A DNA stretch of 64,000 bases, from contig NC_068984.1 of assembly GCF_001194135.2 (NCBI RefSeq), forward strand, positions 54,696,932-54,760,931, in the 5' to 3' direction. The position numbers were made by a program, and so were the translations under genes. This document shows positions 1 through 11,934 of the stretch, piece after piece. This DNA is from Octopus bimaculoides. Lineage: Eukaryota. How positions within the stretch are numbered: the stretch's first letter is position 1; each line of letters begins with the position of its first letter. The notes under the pieces are model-generated. The model was not told the origin of the DNA and did no database searches. It worked only from the letters and a program-made list of their open reading frames with translations.

Positions 1-37
1 ATGCACATGAGTGATAGTGTCGTGAGAAGCTTGCTTC

Positions 38-420
38 TAGGCGCAGGAGTGACTGAGTGGTACGAAACTTGCTTCCCAAGCACATCGTTCCGGATTCAGT
101 CCCAGTGCGTGGCACCTTGGGCAAATGTCTTCTACTGTAGCCTGGGGTCGACCAAAGCCTCGTGAGTGGATTTGATAGACAGAAACTGAAAAAAGCCCGT
201 CGTATAGTTATATATGTATGTGCGTGTGTGCCTGTGTTGACGCCTAGAGTCGCTTGGCAACCGACACTGATGTTTTTACGTCCCTGCAACATAGCGGTTC
301 GGCCAAAGACACCAGATAGAATACGTACTAGGCTTACAAAGACTATATCGTGGGCTCGATTTGTTCGACTAAAGGCGTTATTCCAGCATGGCCGTAGTCG
401 AAATGATAAAAGTAGAAGTA
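38..420 (+). mobile_element. tRNA-derived SINE, family A (bipartite, internal dinucleotide tract)
   Basis: Head AGGCGCAGGAGTGACTGAGTGG..GTTCCGGATTCAGTCCC, body GGCACCTTGGGCAAATGTCTTCTACT..AAAGCCCGTCG, right half ending CCAGCATGGCCGTAGTC. Same layout as the copy at 56886-57255. Confidence 0.85.
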
Positions 421-437
421 TACATATATATATGTTT

Positions 438-474
<37 letters not shown>

Positions 475-563
475 CGCGCGCGCGTGTATTAATAAGATGG
501 TGGCAGGATAATTCTTTATTAATACTTTCATACATACATACATTTTATATATATACACGTGTA

Positions 564-603
<40 letters not shown>

Positions 604-1391
604 GTATGAGTAAAAGTTGACCTTAAGAATATTATTCACACATTGCCGTGTGTGAATGATATATAGACGTGTAAAGGAAAGAAAATGTAACTCAATGCAT
701 ATGGCCCGGATTACATATATTTTTAAATAGCAGTTTGACTCAATTCCATGTGACTTAGAAGTTCCGGGAGCGTGATATTAAATATTGGAAGGAGAGTTCC
801 TTCATCCGATGTATGATGAGATGGTTTCATCATACACACCCACGGAACATTGAATCATATGGAACTGAATCATATGGAACTGAATCAAAATGTTATTAAA
901 AGAAAGTATTGCCACACTCCCCGCAAATAAATTTGTACACGCCCGCCCGCACACACACCCAAACACACACCCAAACGTTATGTATACACAGACAGATACA
1001 AACATATACTTACAAAAACTCTCGCGTGTGTGTGCACATGTAAATTTATCTTTTCATTTTGTCTTGTTTTAATTACCGCACTGCTGCCAATCTGTGGGTA
1101 CTGTTCTCTAAGAGATTAAGCAGAATAGGATACACGTGGGAAGGAAGAGTTTCTGAACTGTCACAGATGTGTGACGAAAAATTTTTAGGCAATGGACATA
1201 GGATAGAATAAATTTAAAAGAATAAACGAGTGAAGAACGAATATATAGTGTATGTTTATTTGACAAGAAAATTATAATGACCATCCGAAAATATAACAAT
1301 ATCTATTTCAACACACGATTTCACAGGAATCTTGCAAAACAAATTTATAAACGTATACCCACCCCCCACACACGCACACGCACACACAGAC

Positions 1392-1732
1392 ACTCTCATG
1401 TCCCTGGTGATGAACATGACTGATTTGGAGGGAACGTTGTCAATCATGGTCTGGATCTTACCGATAAATTCAGGAGTTCTTTTCTTATCAGAACGATCAG
1501 AGTGAGTTTTCCGAGCTGCAGTACATTCGTAATCCCCATTAGACTCATCCAACCCTTTTCGAATCCTCTGCATTGTCCCCAGATTTACATCCATTCTGAA
1601 ATGTTCGTATTGGAGCTTCTGGCGCGAATGATGAGCAGTACAGCATGTCGGTTCCAAATTTCTGTCAGAGTGAATTGCGTCATGGTACTGTTTTTCTCAT
1701 GGACGGTGCCCAACTGCCCCTACTATTCGGTG
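1392..1732 (-). mobile_element. Tc1/mariner (maT/DD37D-like) transposon, 5-prime fragment, frameshifted
   Basis: Minus strand reads MTQFTLTEIWNRHAVLLIIRARSSNTNISE / VNLGTMQRIRKGLDESNGDYECTAARKTHSDRSDKKRTPEFIGKIQTMIDNVPSKSV, a paired HTH-type N-terminus. The terminus abuts TA at 1733-1734. Confidence 0.65.
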
Positions 1733-1920
1733 TAGTCGACAAAATCAAAACCAAGCCATGTGCATGCGCGAAATAAAAAAATATAAAATTTCAACAATTT
1801 ACCCATCGCACCCTGTATATATACACATATATATTGCGTGATAAACTCGGAAACCGAAGTAACGAAATACAACCCTTCTAACGCAATAGATTGACCGAGT
1901 TGTTAGAGTGGTATTTCGTT

Positions 1921-2004
<84 letters not shown>

Positions 2005-2423
2005 TTGTGTATGAATAAATATATATACGTACATAAATACATATATATACAGACACACATATATGTACAGACACACATATATATGTTATATCTATATTCT
2101 ATTTGTTTATACGCATAATTGCCTCTATATGTCTGTCTATCTATGAAATTAATGCGTATATAATATAATTAAAAACAACGTTAACTGCTTACATACCACG
2201 GCGTTCTTATAAATTGGAGGAAAAATATTTTTCGGCTATTTACCTTTTGGAACTATATATCATATCGAAAGTGGACCAGAAGTGCTAGTAATTTATCAGA
2301 ATAGCCATAGAAATTAACTAGTATAGTATAAAGAGAGTTATTCATAAAAAAAACTTGAAACTTTACCTATAATCTATGCTAGATTTCTCTGTATTTAGAT
2401 ATAGACATATATCGGTCTGCGGA

Positions 2424-2622
2424 AAGGCAAGAAGCAGGCTGAATCGTTAGCGTGCCGGTCAAAATGCTTAGCAGCATTACGTCCGTCTTTATGTTCTGAG
2501 TTCAAATTCCACCGAGGTCGATTTTCTGGGTCGATAAAACAAGTAGCATTTGACCACTGGGATCGATATAATCGACTTATCCTCTTTCCCGAAGTTGCTG
2601 GCCTTGTGTCAAATCTTGGAAT
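2424..2622 (+). mobile_element. tRNA-derived SINE, family B
   Basis: GAATCGTTAGC..AAATGCTTAGC..GTTCTGAGTTCAAATTCCACCGAGGTCGA..GGGTCGATAAAA..GGCCTTGTG; B-box-like GAGTTCAAAT. Confidence 0.8.
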
Positions 2623-3658
2623 CAACAAATATTGGACTGCGGAGATACTGAGTCATCTCTGTTCAATTAAGATGCTCTTATCTACTGCGGTGCTTATTTT
2701 CAGGTCTGCCATTTATATCATTTAATCTATGTTATAACGATCTCTTAAGTCGCCAGCGATAGACAGAGACATAGAGACACATACACTCACACACGCGCGT
2801 ACATATGCACAGAGACGCACTTAGGCATATACATACATTGTTACATGCCCGTGATATTCGTATTTGTATGTATACTTGTGTATGTATGCATGTACGTATG
2901 TATGAATGTTACGGTAGGACATCTGATGCGCTGATAAGGCCTGTTAAGTCAGAAACAAAACGGAACGGAATTATTTGCAAAATGTAGACTCTTTGAAAAC
3001 AACGTTTATTGGAAAACTGGAAATCGTTATAAGCACAAAACAAAACACGCCATCTGAAAACACTGTAGAATTAGACTCATTGTTTAGTATGTTTTAGTAA
3101 TGTAAATGCATTTCTGTAAATGATAGTGTCAGAATATATAAGCAGAATACATGCAGCCAGTGACATTCTGCATCATTTGATTTTCATTTTTTCACTCTCA
3201 ATTTGTCTCGTCTTATTTGCGTATATTTATTTTTAAAAAATCGCTATATATTTATATTTTCTATTCATTTGGTCATTTGGTATTCTTTCTTAAATTAGAT
3301 GTTGTCTCAATATTGTAATATTTTCGTAAGAAACCACTCATTTGCTTACATACATATTCGTGAATATGAATATGTATGTGAACATGTATATGTTTACATA
3401 TATATTCATATACACGGCCATCTAAGCCTGGTAAAGCTTGTTCTTCTCTAGGTCTGACTACAGCTTACATATTATGGTAAGCAGGAAAGAGAGGGGATAT
3501 AGAGACAGATAGATAGACAGATAGAGAGAGAGAGGGTGGTGGTGGTGCTGAAGTGACCATTTTACAAGGCAGGGATACTATATGTCGACCTCGAAAGGAT
3601 GATAGTTAGAGTTGACCTCAGTTGTATTCGAAAACCGAATTAACACTGTCAACTCGCT

Positions 3659-3660
3659 GC

Positions 3661-3721
<61 letters not shown>
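3659..3721. repeat. (TATC)n tetranucleotide microsatellite
   Basis: Perfect ATCT array. Confidence 0.95.
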
Positions 3722-3722
<1 letters not shown>

Positions 3723-4564
3723 TATATGTACACACACACACGTAAATAGAAACACGCAATAAAGGCGAATATATCATCAAATATTATGCAACATAGATTT
3801 CTTGTCTATTGAAATCACCTTCCTCTCGAGAAAAGAATTACCTCGTAATAATTGCAACCAGCTCCCAATAGTAAAAGAAGAATATGTAAAGAATCAAGAA
3901 TTCTGTGAAAATGATGTACTATAATGGAAAAGATATCATTCATCAAATGCTTGCACGCGCGCGCGCACACACACATACGACAGGCTTCCATGGTGTTTCC
4001 GTTTATTTATGGACTAAACTCGGAACCATATGAACGCAAAGTGTAGTCCTTAACCACAAAGGTATGACTGCAGCACTATATACATCGTTGCTATTATGTT
4101 ATACTGTAGTATGTCTAACTTTGGCCAAAGACGGTTTTCCCAATATTTACTGCTGTAGCCGGTTCTTTTGTTTACACTATCGTATTTCCAGCTACTTCAA
4201 TTGCCAAGATATCAAAAATTGTCAAAGCGTAGTACAACGGTTTTGCTATGGAATGGGGAAACTATTTTTTCGTTTTCGTTTTCTCAAAAAGCAAAGCTTT
4301 TGACTTACGAAGCTTTTGCATAGTAGCAACGATATNNNNNNNNNNNNNNNNNNNNNNNNNNNNNNNNNNNNNNNNNNNNNNNNNNNNNNNNNNNNNNNNN
4401 NNNNNNNNNNNNNNNNNNNNNNNNNNNNNNNNNNNNNNNNNNNNNNNNNNNNNNNNNNNNNNNNNNNNNNNNNNNNNNNNNNNNNNNNNNNNNNNNNNNN
4501 NNNNNNNNNNNNNNNNNNNNNNNNNNNNNNNNNNNNNNNNNNNNNNNNNNNNNNNNNNNNNNNN

Positions 4565-4603
<39 letters not shown>

Positions 4604-4627
4604 TTACATATATTTACATATAAAGTC

Positions 4628-5028
4628 AAAATAAGTAACAAGGATATCCAAAGTTAATGCAATACGATCGTTTCATGCGATTCCATTTAATTAAGCAATG
4701 TAAATATTACATCAAATATAAATTGTAGACCAATCTTCCGCTGCATAAAAATTTTAGAAATTTAATGAAATTACATTTAAACAGAAGGACATATTTTTAT
4801 AATTAAATCTAAACTTTCCAAGTAAAAATGAAGAATACAAAATTCCATTTTGACTTAGCCAGACCATAATGTCCTGTTGAAATGTAATTTCATTAACTTT
4901 CTATATCTTTGTGCAGCTGAAGATTGCTCTACATTTTACATTTGATGTAATGTTCACATTGCTTGATTAAATGGAGTCGCATGAAACGATCGTATTCATT
5001 AACTTTGAATATCCTTGTTGCTTATTTT
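4628..5028. mobile_element. Fold-back MITE-like element, about 165-bp imperfect terminal inverted repeats
   Basis: Left arm AAAATAAGTAACAAGGATATCCAAAGTTAATGCAATACGATCGTTTCATGCG.. is the reverse complement of the right arm ..CGCATGAAACGATCGTATTCATTAACTTTGAATATCCTTGTTGCTTATTTT. Spacer about 75 bp; no coding potential. Confidence 0.8.
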
Positions 5029-5284
5029 CACATTAATCACCTTATTTTGAAACTGTATGGATAATACCATACTTAATTCTGGTGCCTAAACTTAAGTACC
5101 ATATTCACCTGAATCTATATTTACATATATGCATTTATATATTTACATATGTGCATATGACTTCGCTGCAAGATAATCACAGGCCAGTGATGAGGACTTA
5201 GTCGACTTGTTAATACTATATACTTTTTGAAGCGACACACAGTCGTTGATCTCGTAAAAAGAAAGAACAACTAGTCTTAAATCC

Positions 5285-5800
5285 CTGGACGAGAGATATG
5301 CAATAACAATACCGAACAGTAAAGTTTATTTGCCAACAGAATGTGGCAGTCCAGCATAGAGAGATGTTACTACTGTTTAGCCCTAGTAAAACATCTTTTC
5401 CAGCTGGCTACCGACACAAGTTTGTGTCCGTATAGTATGAGAAAGGGAATTTAAAACTAGTTGTTTTTCTCTTTATGAGATCAGCAACTGTGTGTCACTT
5501 TAAAAAGTATATAGTATGATCAAGGTGAATAAGCCTTCATCACTGGCTTGTGATTATCTCGCACTGCAGATGGGAAACAACCCAGAAACTTCGGTCTGTG
5601 TGTATCACGAATGCTAGTGATGAGAGCGATAAGCTTCCTTGCTCATTCTATACAGGCACAAACTGTGTTTCCGTAGCCAGCTGGAAAAGATGCTTTTCTG
5701 GGGGATAAACAGCAGTAACATCGTGCTGTGTAGGACTGCCACATTTCGTTGGCAAATAAACTTTACTTTTCTGTACTGTTACTGCATACCTGTTTCTCAG
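5285..5800. mobile_element. Fold-back element, about 150-bp inverted arms and about 210-bp spacer
   Basis: AGTAAAGTTTATTTGCCAAC..ATGTGGCAGTCC..CATCTTTTCCAGCTGGCTAC (5310-5415) is inverted at 5675-5770. Confidence 0.75.
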
Positions 5801-5824
5801 AGATTTAAAATTATATATATATTT

Positions 5825-6052
5825 ACACACAGTTGTCAAACATTGGTGATAGGAACAAACACAGAGACAAAGACTCACATATAGATACACACACACACGT
5901 ACACACACATATTGTTTCAGTTTCCGTCTGCCAACCCCCTCACAAGGCTTTGGTTGACCCGATGAAAATTGATCCAGGTGCCACACTGTGGGACTGAATA
6001 CGGAACCATGTAGTTGGAAGGCAAACTTCTTACCACACAGCAACGCTGGCGC
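5825..6052 (-). mobile_element. SINE family A, degenerate, partly deleted
   Basis: TTTCAGTTTCCGTCTGCCAAC..CACAAGGCTTTGGTTGACCCG..GGGACTGAA..GGAACCATGT..CTTACCACACAGC is the reverse complement of the family A head and body. Confidence 0.75.
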
Positions 6053-6059
6053 CAATATA

Positions 6060-7000
6060 TAGAACATTTATATTTGTTTAGATACGTTTACAGTTAACGA
6101 CTACAAACACAAACAAACACGTATATACAGTTTGGTTATATCACAAACAGCAGTAGTTTTCGACATCATCAAACGAATTTGAAAGTTCGACAATTGAAAA
6201 ATTCACAGCAGGTTTAGCCTAGAAAACATATCCACGAAAATATCTGAAGTGGTCTCGAAGAAAACGAGACTAAAGAAGTGCAGGGTTAATTCTTAATATG
6301 GAAGTTTTTGAGTTCTAAATTTACGCTATTGCAAAGGAAGAGTTAAAATAAAAGCAGAAAGAAAAGTTAAAGAGCGAAATAGAAGTCGAAGAAGAAGAAA
6401 GCAAAGAAAGGGAAGAGAAAGAATCGGAAGAAAGGATATTTGGTGGATATGAAAAAGAAAAAGAAAAAGAGAAAGAAGATTAAGGAGGGGGAGAGAAAAA
6501 CGACGATGACAAGCGGGTGGAGAAGAAGAAAAAGAAGATGAAGAAGAAGTTGAAGAAGAAGAAAGAGGAAAAGGTGGATGAGATCAAAGAAATTAAGGTC
6601 ATAGAATCTAAACACAAAGGTGGTAAATATGAGAAAAATCCTCGAGGTAAAAACCATCCTTAAACGGAGAGTTTGTGTGGTTAGCGGAATTAAATTTCTT
6701 AACTTAGAAAATACATCAAAAAAAATTTTGAGCTGATAAAATAGAAGGGAGTCTGCGGGTGAAAGAGAGAAAGATACAAATCTAAGATAAGGAAATATCG
6801 TTACAAGTAAATAAGGTTAAAAATATAAATGAAAAAATAAAAATAAGCATAGGCTCTTAGCAACCACGGGGCTTAGGTCGTGGTCCCACTGCGCATCACC
6901 TTGGGAAAATGCATCCTACAATACAGCCCTAGGCAGACCAATACCTCGTGAGTGGATTCACTAGACAGAAACTGTATGGAAGCCTGTCATATATATATAT
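6060..7000. repeat. Diverged duplicated block, copy 1 (partner 11935-12790)
   Basis: Shared collinear words TTACAGTTAAC, GAAAAT.TCTGAAGTG, AATATGGA.GTTTT.GAGTT, AAATCCTCGAGGTAAAAA.CCATCCTTAAA, a purine-rich (GAA) stretch and a terminal old SINE-A head. Confidence 0.65.
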
Positions 7001-7069
7001 ATATATATATATGTATATGTATATACGTATGTATGTATACATGTATATGTACATATACACGCACACGCG

Positions 7070-7284
7070 CATGTATATGGCTGTATGGTAAGAATCTTGC
7101 TTCCCAACCACATGATTCCGGGTTCAGTCCCACTGCGTGGTACCTTGGCCAAGTGTCTTATACTATAGCCTCGGGCCGACCAAACCCTTGTGAGTGGNNN
7201 NNNNNNNNNNNNNNNNNNNNNNNNNNNNNNNNNNNNNNNNNNNNNNNNNNNNNNNNNNNNNNNNNNNNNNNNNNNNNNNNNNNN

Positions 7285-7317
<33 letters not shown>

Positions 7318-7560
7318 CTGTGTGTGTGTGTGTGTGTATGTGCTTATTTGGGCGTGTGTCTGTGTTTGTCCCACCCGCCATCACTTGACAACTTATGTCG
7401 GTGTGTTTACGTTTCCGTAACCTAGCGATTTGGCAAAAGTGACCAATAGAATGAGTACTAGGTTTACAAAGAATAAGTCCTGGATTCTATATATTCGAGT
7501 GAAAAAAGGCAGTGCTCTAGCATGACCGCAATCAAATGACTGAAACAAGTAAAAGAGTAG
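7070..7560 (+). mobile_element. SINE family A with internal microsatellite and gap
   Basis: GGCTGTATGGTAAGAATCTTGCTTCCCAACCACATGATTCCGGGTTCAGTCCCACTGCGTGG, then N-gap/(TA)(TG), then right half ending AAATGACTGAAACAAGTAAAAGAGT. Confidence 0.85.
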
Positions 7561-7561
7561 A

Positions 7562-7634
<73 letters not shown>

Positions 7635-8094
7635 TATATACGAGTGTGTATTTGTGATAGTTGAGCCGCTGCTTGACAACAGTTGTTGACTTGTTTACGT
7701 CCCTGTAACCTAGTGGCACGTAAAAAGAAACAAAAGAATACAATAAAGTTGACTTCGGCGGGATTTGAACTCTGAAACGTTCAGAACTGCAGCAAATTAC
7801 TGCAAGGTATTTTGTCTGATGCTTTAATGAATTTTGCCAATTCACTAAGGTGTAATATATTTTGAATTAGGTACAAGGCTAGCTGTTTTGTGTGGTCGGG
7901 GTTAGTCGATGTCATCAATCTTAGCACTTGACTAGTACTATATTTTATCTATCTCGAAGTGAAAAAAAGCAAATGTCACTTCAACAGGATTTGAACTCAG
8001 AAAGAATATAGCCGTAATAAATGCGCTAACGATTCTACCAATCTCCCTCTCATCACCCTATATAATAACTTTTAATATAGGTACAATTTTTTTT

Positions 8095-8295
8095 TGTAAG
8101 CGGCAAGCTGGTAGAATCATTAGCACGCTGGGCAAAGTGCTTAGCGACATTTCGTTCGTCTTCACCTTCTGAGTTCGTCTTTGCCTTTCATCCTTTCGAG
8201 ATCGATAAAATAACTACCACTTGAGCACTGGAGTCAATGTAATCGATTTGTCACCCTCCTCAAAATTTCTAGCCTTGTGCCAAAATTTGAAACCA
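8095..8295 (+). mobile_element. SINE family B
   Basis: GCGGCAAGCTGGTAGAATCATTAGCACGCTGGGCAAAGTGCTTAGC..GCCTTTCATCCTTTCGAGATCGATAAAAT..GCCTTGTGCCAAAATTTGAAACC. Confidence 0.8.
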
Positions 8296-8714
8296 ATATA
8301 GGTATAAAATGTGGACTCAATGTAAGTACAAGACGTAAAATTTAAGTAACTTGTGGATTAAACCGAACTCAGTACTTGACTGGTATTTTATTTTATCGAT
8401 TTCGTAATGATAAATGGCAAAGTTGATATCAATAGGATTTAGATAGGACCAGAAAGAAGCGTTACAACGCGTTTTGTTTGACCCACAAATTTTTCTGCTA
8501 ATCCAATCACCCATCATGAGAAATAGTGATGAAACACTTCATTGTTTTAAATTTTACCACAATCCCGTAATTTTAGCTTATTGGACGTCTAGATTGATCG
8601 AACCTGATATGATGAAAGGTGGGATTTGAACTCAGAACGTAAAGAGTAAAAGAAATGATGCTATTTTGTCCCTCACGCGAGTTACTACACCAGCTCACAC
8701 CCTTAATGGTATCA

Positions 8715-9650
8715 ATTCTTTCTAATTTAACTACATGGCCAGCAATTTTGAAGGAAAGGATTAGTCGGTATCATCGACCACAGTATGGGGATCTTTACCT
8801 TTTGGCCGGCACATCTAAAACATTTTTTTTGTAACTAAACACTTTCAAATTTCGTATACTGGTAGAATGTGCCATTTAAAACATCATTTACTCTTTGCGT
8901 TTTTAAGTTATTTCGCATTAAAGTTGTCGTTTTTCGGTAATTTCAACCAATCAATGACGTCTATTGAGGTAAAAATAATTACTGCTGTGGTTTGTCAACA
9001 AGACTCTCCGGCGGTGCATATTTAGTTTGTCACTGTTATTTCTGATATATTTACATTTGAGATATACGTGTGTATAGTTTAATCAATGTGAAAAGGGAAG
9101 AAATTGGAGGGTGGGGGTGGGTGGGGTGGTGGTGGCTAAAAATGTCTTTCCGAAAATAGTAGCTGAAAAATTCCTAACCTAACCCTAAAACCCTAAAGCT
9201 AAAACCAGTACAAACGCACGAACAATGTCATAATTAACAGTGACAAACGAAATATACTCCGCCGGAAGTTGTTGTTGACAAACAACAGCAGTAATTGTTT
9301 TCATCTCAATAGACGTCATTGATTGGTTGAAATTACCGAAATACGACAACTTTAACACGAAATAACTTCGAAAATACAAAATTTTTATCAAAAAGGCCAA
9401 GAGTAAATGATGTTTTATGTGACACATTCTACCTGTATACGAATTTTGAAAGTGTTTAGTTACAAATAAATATCTTTTAGGTGTGCCGGCCAATGGGAAA
9501 AGATCCCAGTGTGGGGCTAGTACTTTATTTTATAGACACAGAAATATAAAAGGCAAATTTAACTTCGGCAGGTTTTGAACTCCGAATGTAAAAAGCCAAT
9601 ACTCCAAAAGCTCTTATAACGATACTCTAATACCTTTGCCAACCCAACGC
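8715..9650 (-). mobile_element. SINE family B interrupted by a fold-back element
   Basis: SINE sequence stops at ..CATCGACCACAGT (about 8784) and resumes after 9507 with AGTG..GTACTTTATTTTATAGAC..AAAGGCAAA..TTTGAACTC. Confidence 0.65.
8788..9507. mobile_element. Fold-back DNA transposon derivative, about 250-bp TIRs, GGGATC..GATCCC termini
   Basis: GGGATCTTTACCTTTTGGCCGGCACATCTAAAA.. versus ..TTTTAGGTGTGCCGGCCAATGGGAAAAGATCCC. Arms share TTTCAACCAATCAATGACGTCTATTGAG. Flanks AGTATG / AGTGTG are a possible 6-bp TSD with one mismatch. Confidence 0.85.
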
Positions 9651-9654
9651 CCTT

Positions 9655-9850
9655 TATAATTATTTCTACTCTAGGCCCAAGGCCTTGAAAATTTTTGGGG
9701 AAGTGGGCTAGTCGATTATATCGACTCCAGTGCGTAACTGGTACTTATATCATCGACCCTGAAAGGATGAAAGGCAAAGTCGATCTCAGCGGAATTTGAA
9801 CTCTGAACGTAACGGCAGACGAAATAACACTAAGCATTTCGCCCAGCATG
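9655..9850 (-). mobile_element. SINE family B
   Basis: TCGACCCTGAAAGGATGAAAGGCAAAGTCGATCTCAGCGGAATTTGAACTCTGAACGTAACGGCAGACGAAATA. Confidence 0.8.
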
Positions 9851-10939
9851 CAACACCCTTTATAATAAAAATGAGAAAAACCAATGAGTAGAAAAAGAGC
9901 TTAACATCATTATCTTTTCAAAATTAATGATATAATCTAGTTGATGTTTAGCGGTGAACTAGTAAAAAAGAAAAATGCATTTATTGCAGATTACATTTCT
10001 TGGCAGAAATATATTATAGAAAGAAATGATTAATATTTTATAAATAAAGTAAAAAAAAAAAAAAGATAATAGAAAAAGATACAAATGTTAATTTGGCAAG
10101 TTAAAGTATATTTAAATTCCTAAATAAATACAAGAGTAAATATATTGCCTAACCAAACGTAGGGGCAAACATATATTGTTGTATCGTAAAAGGGACTAGA
10201 TATATATTTTTTCATTTAATATATCTAATATTGAATATATACTCTATGAAGATAAAATAGGAAAACTGGTATTAAGATTTAAAAGTTTAAAATTTGATAT
10301 GACTAATGTAAAGGAATAGAAACAAAAATATTAAGGACGGAAAATAATGAAATATAGCATTTAACTGACATGTGAAATTAAGAAGGATGCAAGTTTAAAA
10401 ATAAATTGAAAACTATGACAAAAGTTTGTACAGAATTAAAGAGGAGTTTAATATATTCGAGCGGATACTTAAGAAATATTCAAAATATTAAATAAGCAAG
10501 TAAAAAAGAGAAGGAAAAAATTTAAATTAAAAAAATTAGCAAATCTAAACAACTTTAGATAGAAAGTAAATAGAATTAGGTAAGTTAGTTCAATGTAAAG
10601 GAATTAGGGTGAAGATAAGAATAAATATAATATGAAATGTATGGAACTAGATTATGCAAGTTAAAAGAAGGTAAATGACTGAATTGGAAAATTAACAAAT
10701 GTTTATTGTAATCCCCAAATATGGTGATATTTTATTATAAAAGTATTTTACGTGGTAGAAGAACACTCATATACGGTAAAAGCATGGAAAGTAACAAAGG
10801 TTTCAAATTTTGGCACAGGACTAGCAGTTTCTGAGTGCGGGAAGTCGATTACATTGCAGTATTTGACGGGTATTTATCTTGATTACCGCGAAAGGATGGA
10901 AAGCAAAGTTTATCTCGGTGGAGTTAGCACGAAATATAA

Positions 10940-11162
10940 TGAGTAATAATCCTTTCTACTATAGGCACAAGGCCTGAAATTTGTGGGGAGGGGACTAGTC
11001 GATTACACCGACCCCAGTGTTTAACTGGTACCTAATTTATCGACCCCGAAAGGATGAAAGGCAAAGCGACTTCGGCGGAATTTGAACTCAGAACTTAGCG
11101 ACGGACGAAATGCCGCTAAGCACATTGTCCAGTGTGCTAACTATTCTACCAGCTCGCCGCCT
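10940..11162 (-). mobile_element. SINE family B, near full length (a further degenerate copy at about 10770-10935)
   Basis: CTTTCTACTATAGGCACAAGGCCTGAAATTT..CGACCCCGAAAGGATGAAAGGCAAAG..GAATTTGAACTCAGAAC..CCAGCTCGCCGCCT. Confidence 0.85.
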
Positions 11163-11229
11163 CCATAAGCCGTAATAATTAAGTTTATGTAAAGTGGCCA
11201 AATTGAATTAAGGTCGGTCTTATAGATAA

Positions 11230-11553
11230 AGGTAAAGACCCACTTCAATCATGAATGACCATAGAACTGCACCTAGAAAGTTCCCTCCCGAGGCACAAGT
11301 CAGGGCAAGGTTGTTTATGGAAGACCAAGAGACGCCCATGCATACCAGCATTCCCTCTACACGTCACCGATGTTGTCCAAGAGAAAGGCAAATCACCAGT
11401 CACATCTCATCTCATCTCATCTCATTTCTACAGATGAGTGAACCAGAGCAACCTACAATAAAGTGTCTTGCTGAAAAACACAATGCACAGGAATCGAACT
11501 CACTACCTCATGATTGTGAGCTTGACGCTCTAACCACTGAACCATGCGCCTTC
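11230..11553 (-). mobile_element. tRNA-derived SINE, family C (CORE-like middle, RTE-like tail)
   Basis: Reverse-complement head GGAATCGAACTCAC..GCTCTAACCACTGAACCATGCGCCTTC, middle AAAGTGTCTTGCT.AA.AACAC, tail GCACCTAGAAAGTT..GGCAAGGTTGTTTATGGAAGACC. Confidence 0.7.
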
Positions 11554-11699
11554 CAATAAAGTAAATAATGAAGGAAAGTCGGTAGATAAAATTTGGGTAT
11601 AAACGACTGGTGAGAATTCTGCCATTTCTCGCTGAACAAATCGCGTAGATGTTTTGTTTAAAGTGAACAAATGATTGTAATGCACATTAGCTCACTCCC

Positions 11700-11882
11700 T
11701 CCATCAAATCGACATTGCCTTACAGGTGCAGGGTGTGCCACACGTTAGATGTCGAAGTGAGTGTAGAGCAACGTGAAATTAAGTGTTTTGCTCAAGAACA
11801 CAGCACACAGCTTGATCAGGAAATATAAACCGCAATATTGCAGCCGTGAGTGCCGCAGTGTAACAACCAGGCCGCATGCCTT
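11700..11882 (-). mobile_element. SINE family C-like, degenerate
   Basis: GAGCAACGTGAAATTAAGTGTTTTGCTCAAGAACACAGCAC matches the family C middle domain. Confidence 0.6.
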
Positions 11883-11934
11883 CATCCATGTACGCACGTA
11901 CACAGACATACACTTTTGTGTAAGCATACATGTG

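Noticed and set aside
4064-4303. 79-aa ORF with signal-peptide-like start and six downstream Cys
   Set aside because: The ATG lies at the edge of a SINE remnant, the F/L/C/Y richness is expected from a T-rich strand, and it has no splice or polyA support. A BLAST or RNA-seq hit would revive it.
9900-10750. Purine-rich AT tracts here and at 19200-19850 as decayed CR1/L2 LINEs
   Set aside because: No motif could be recovered with confidence.
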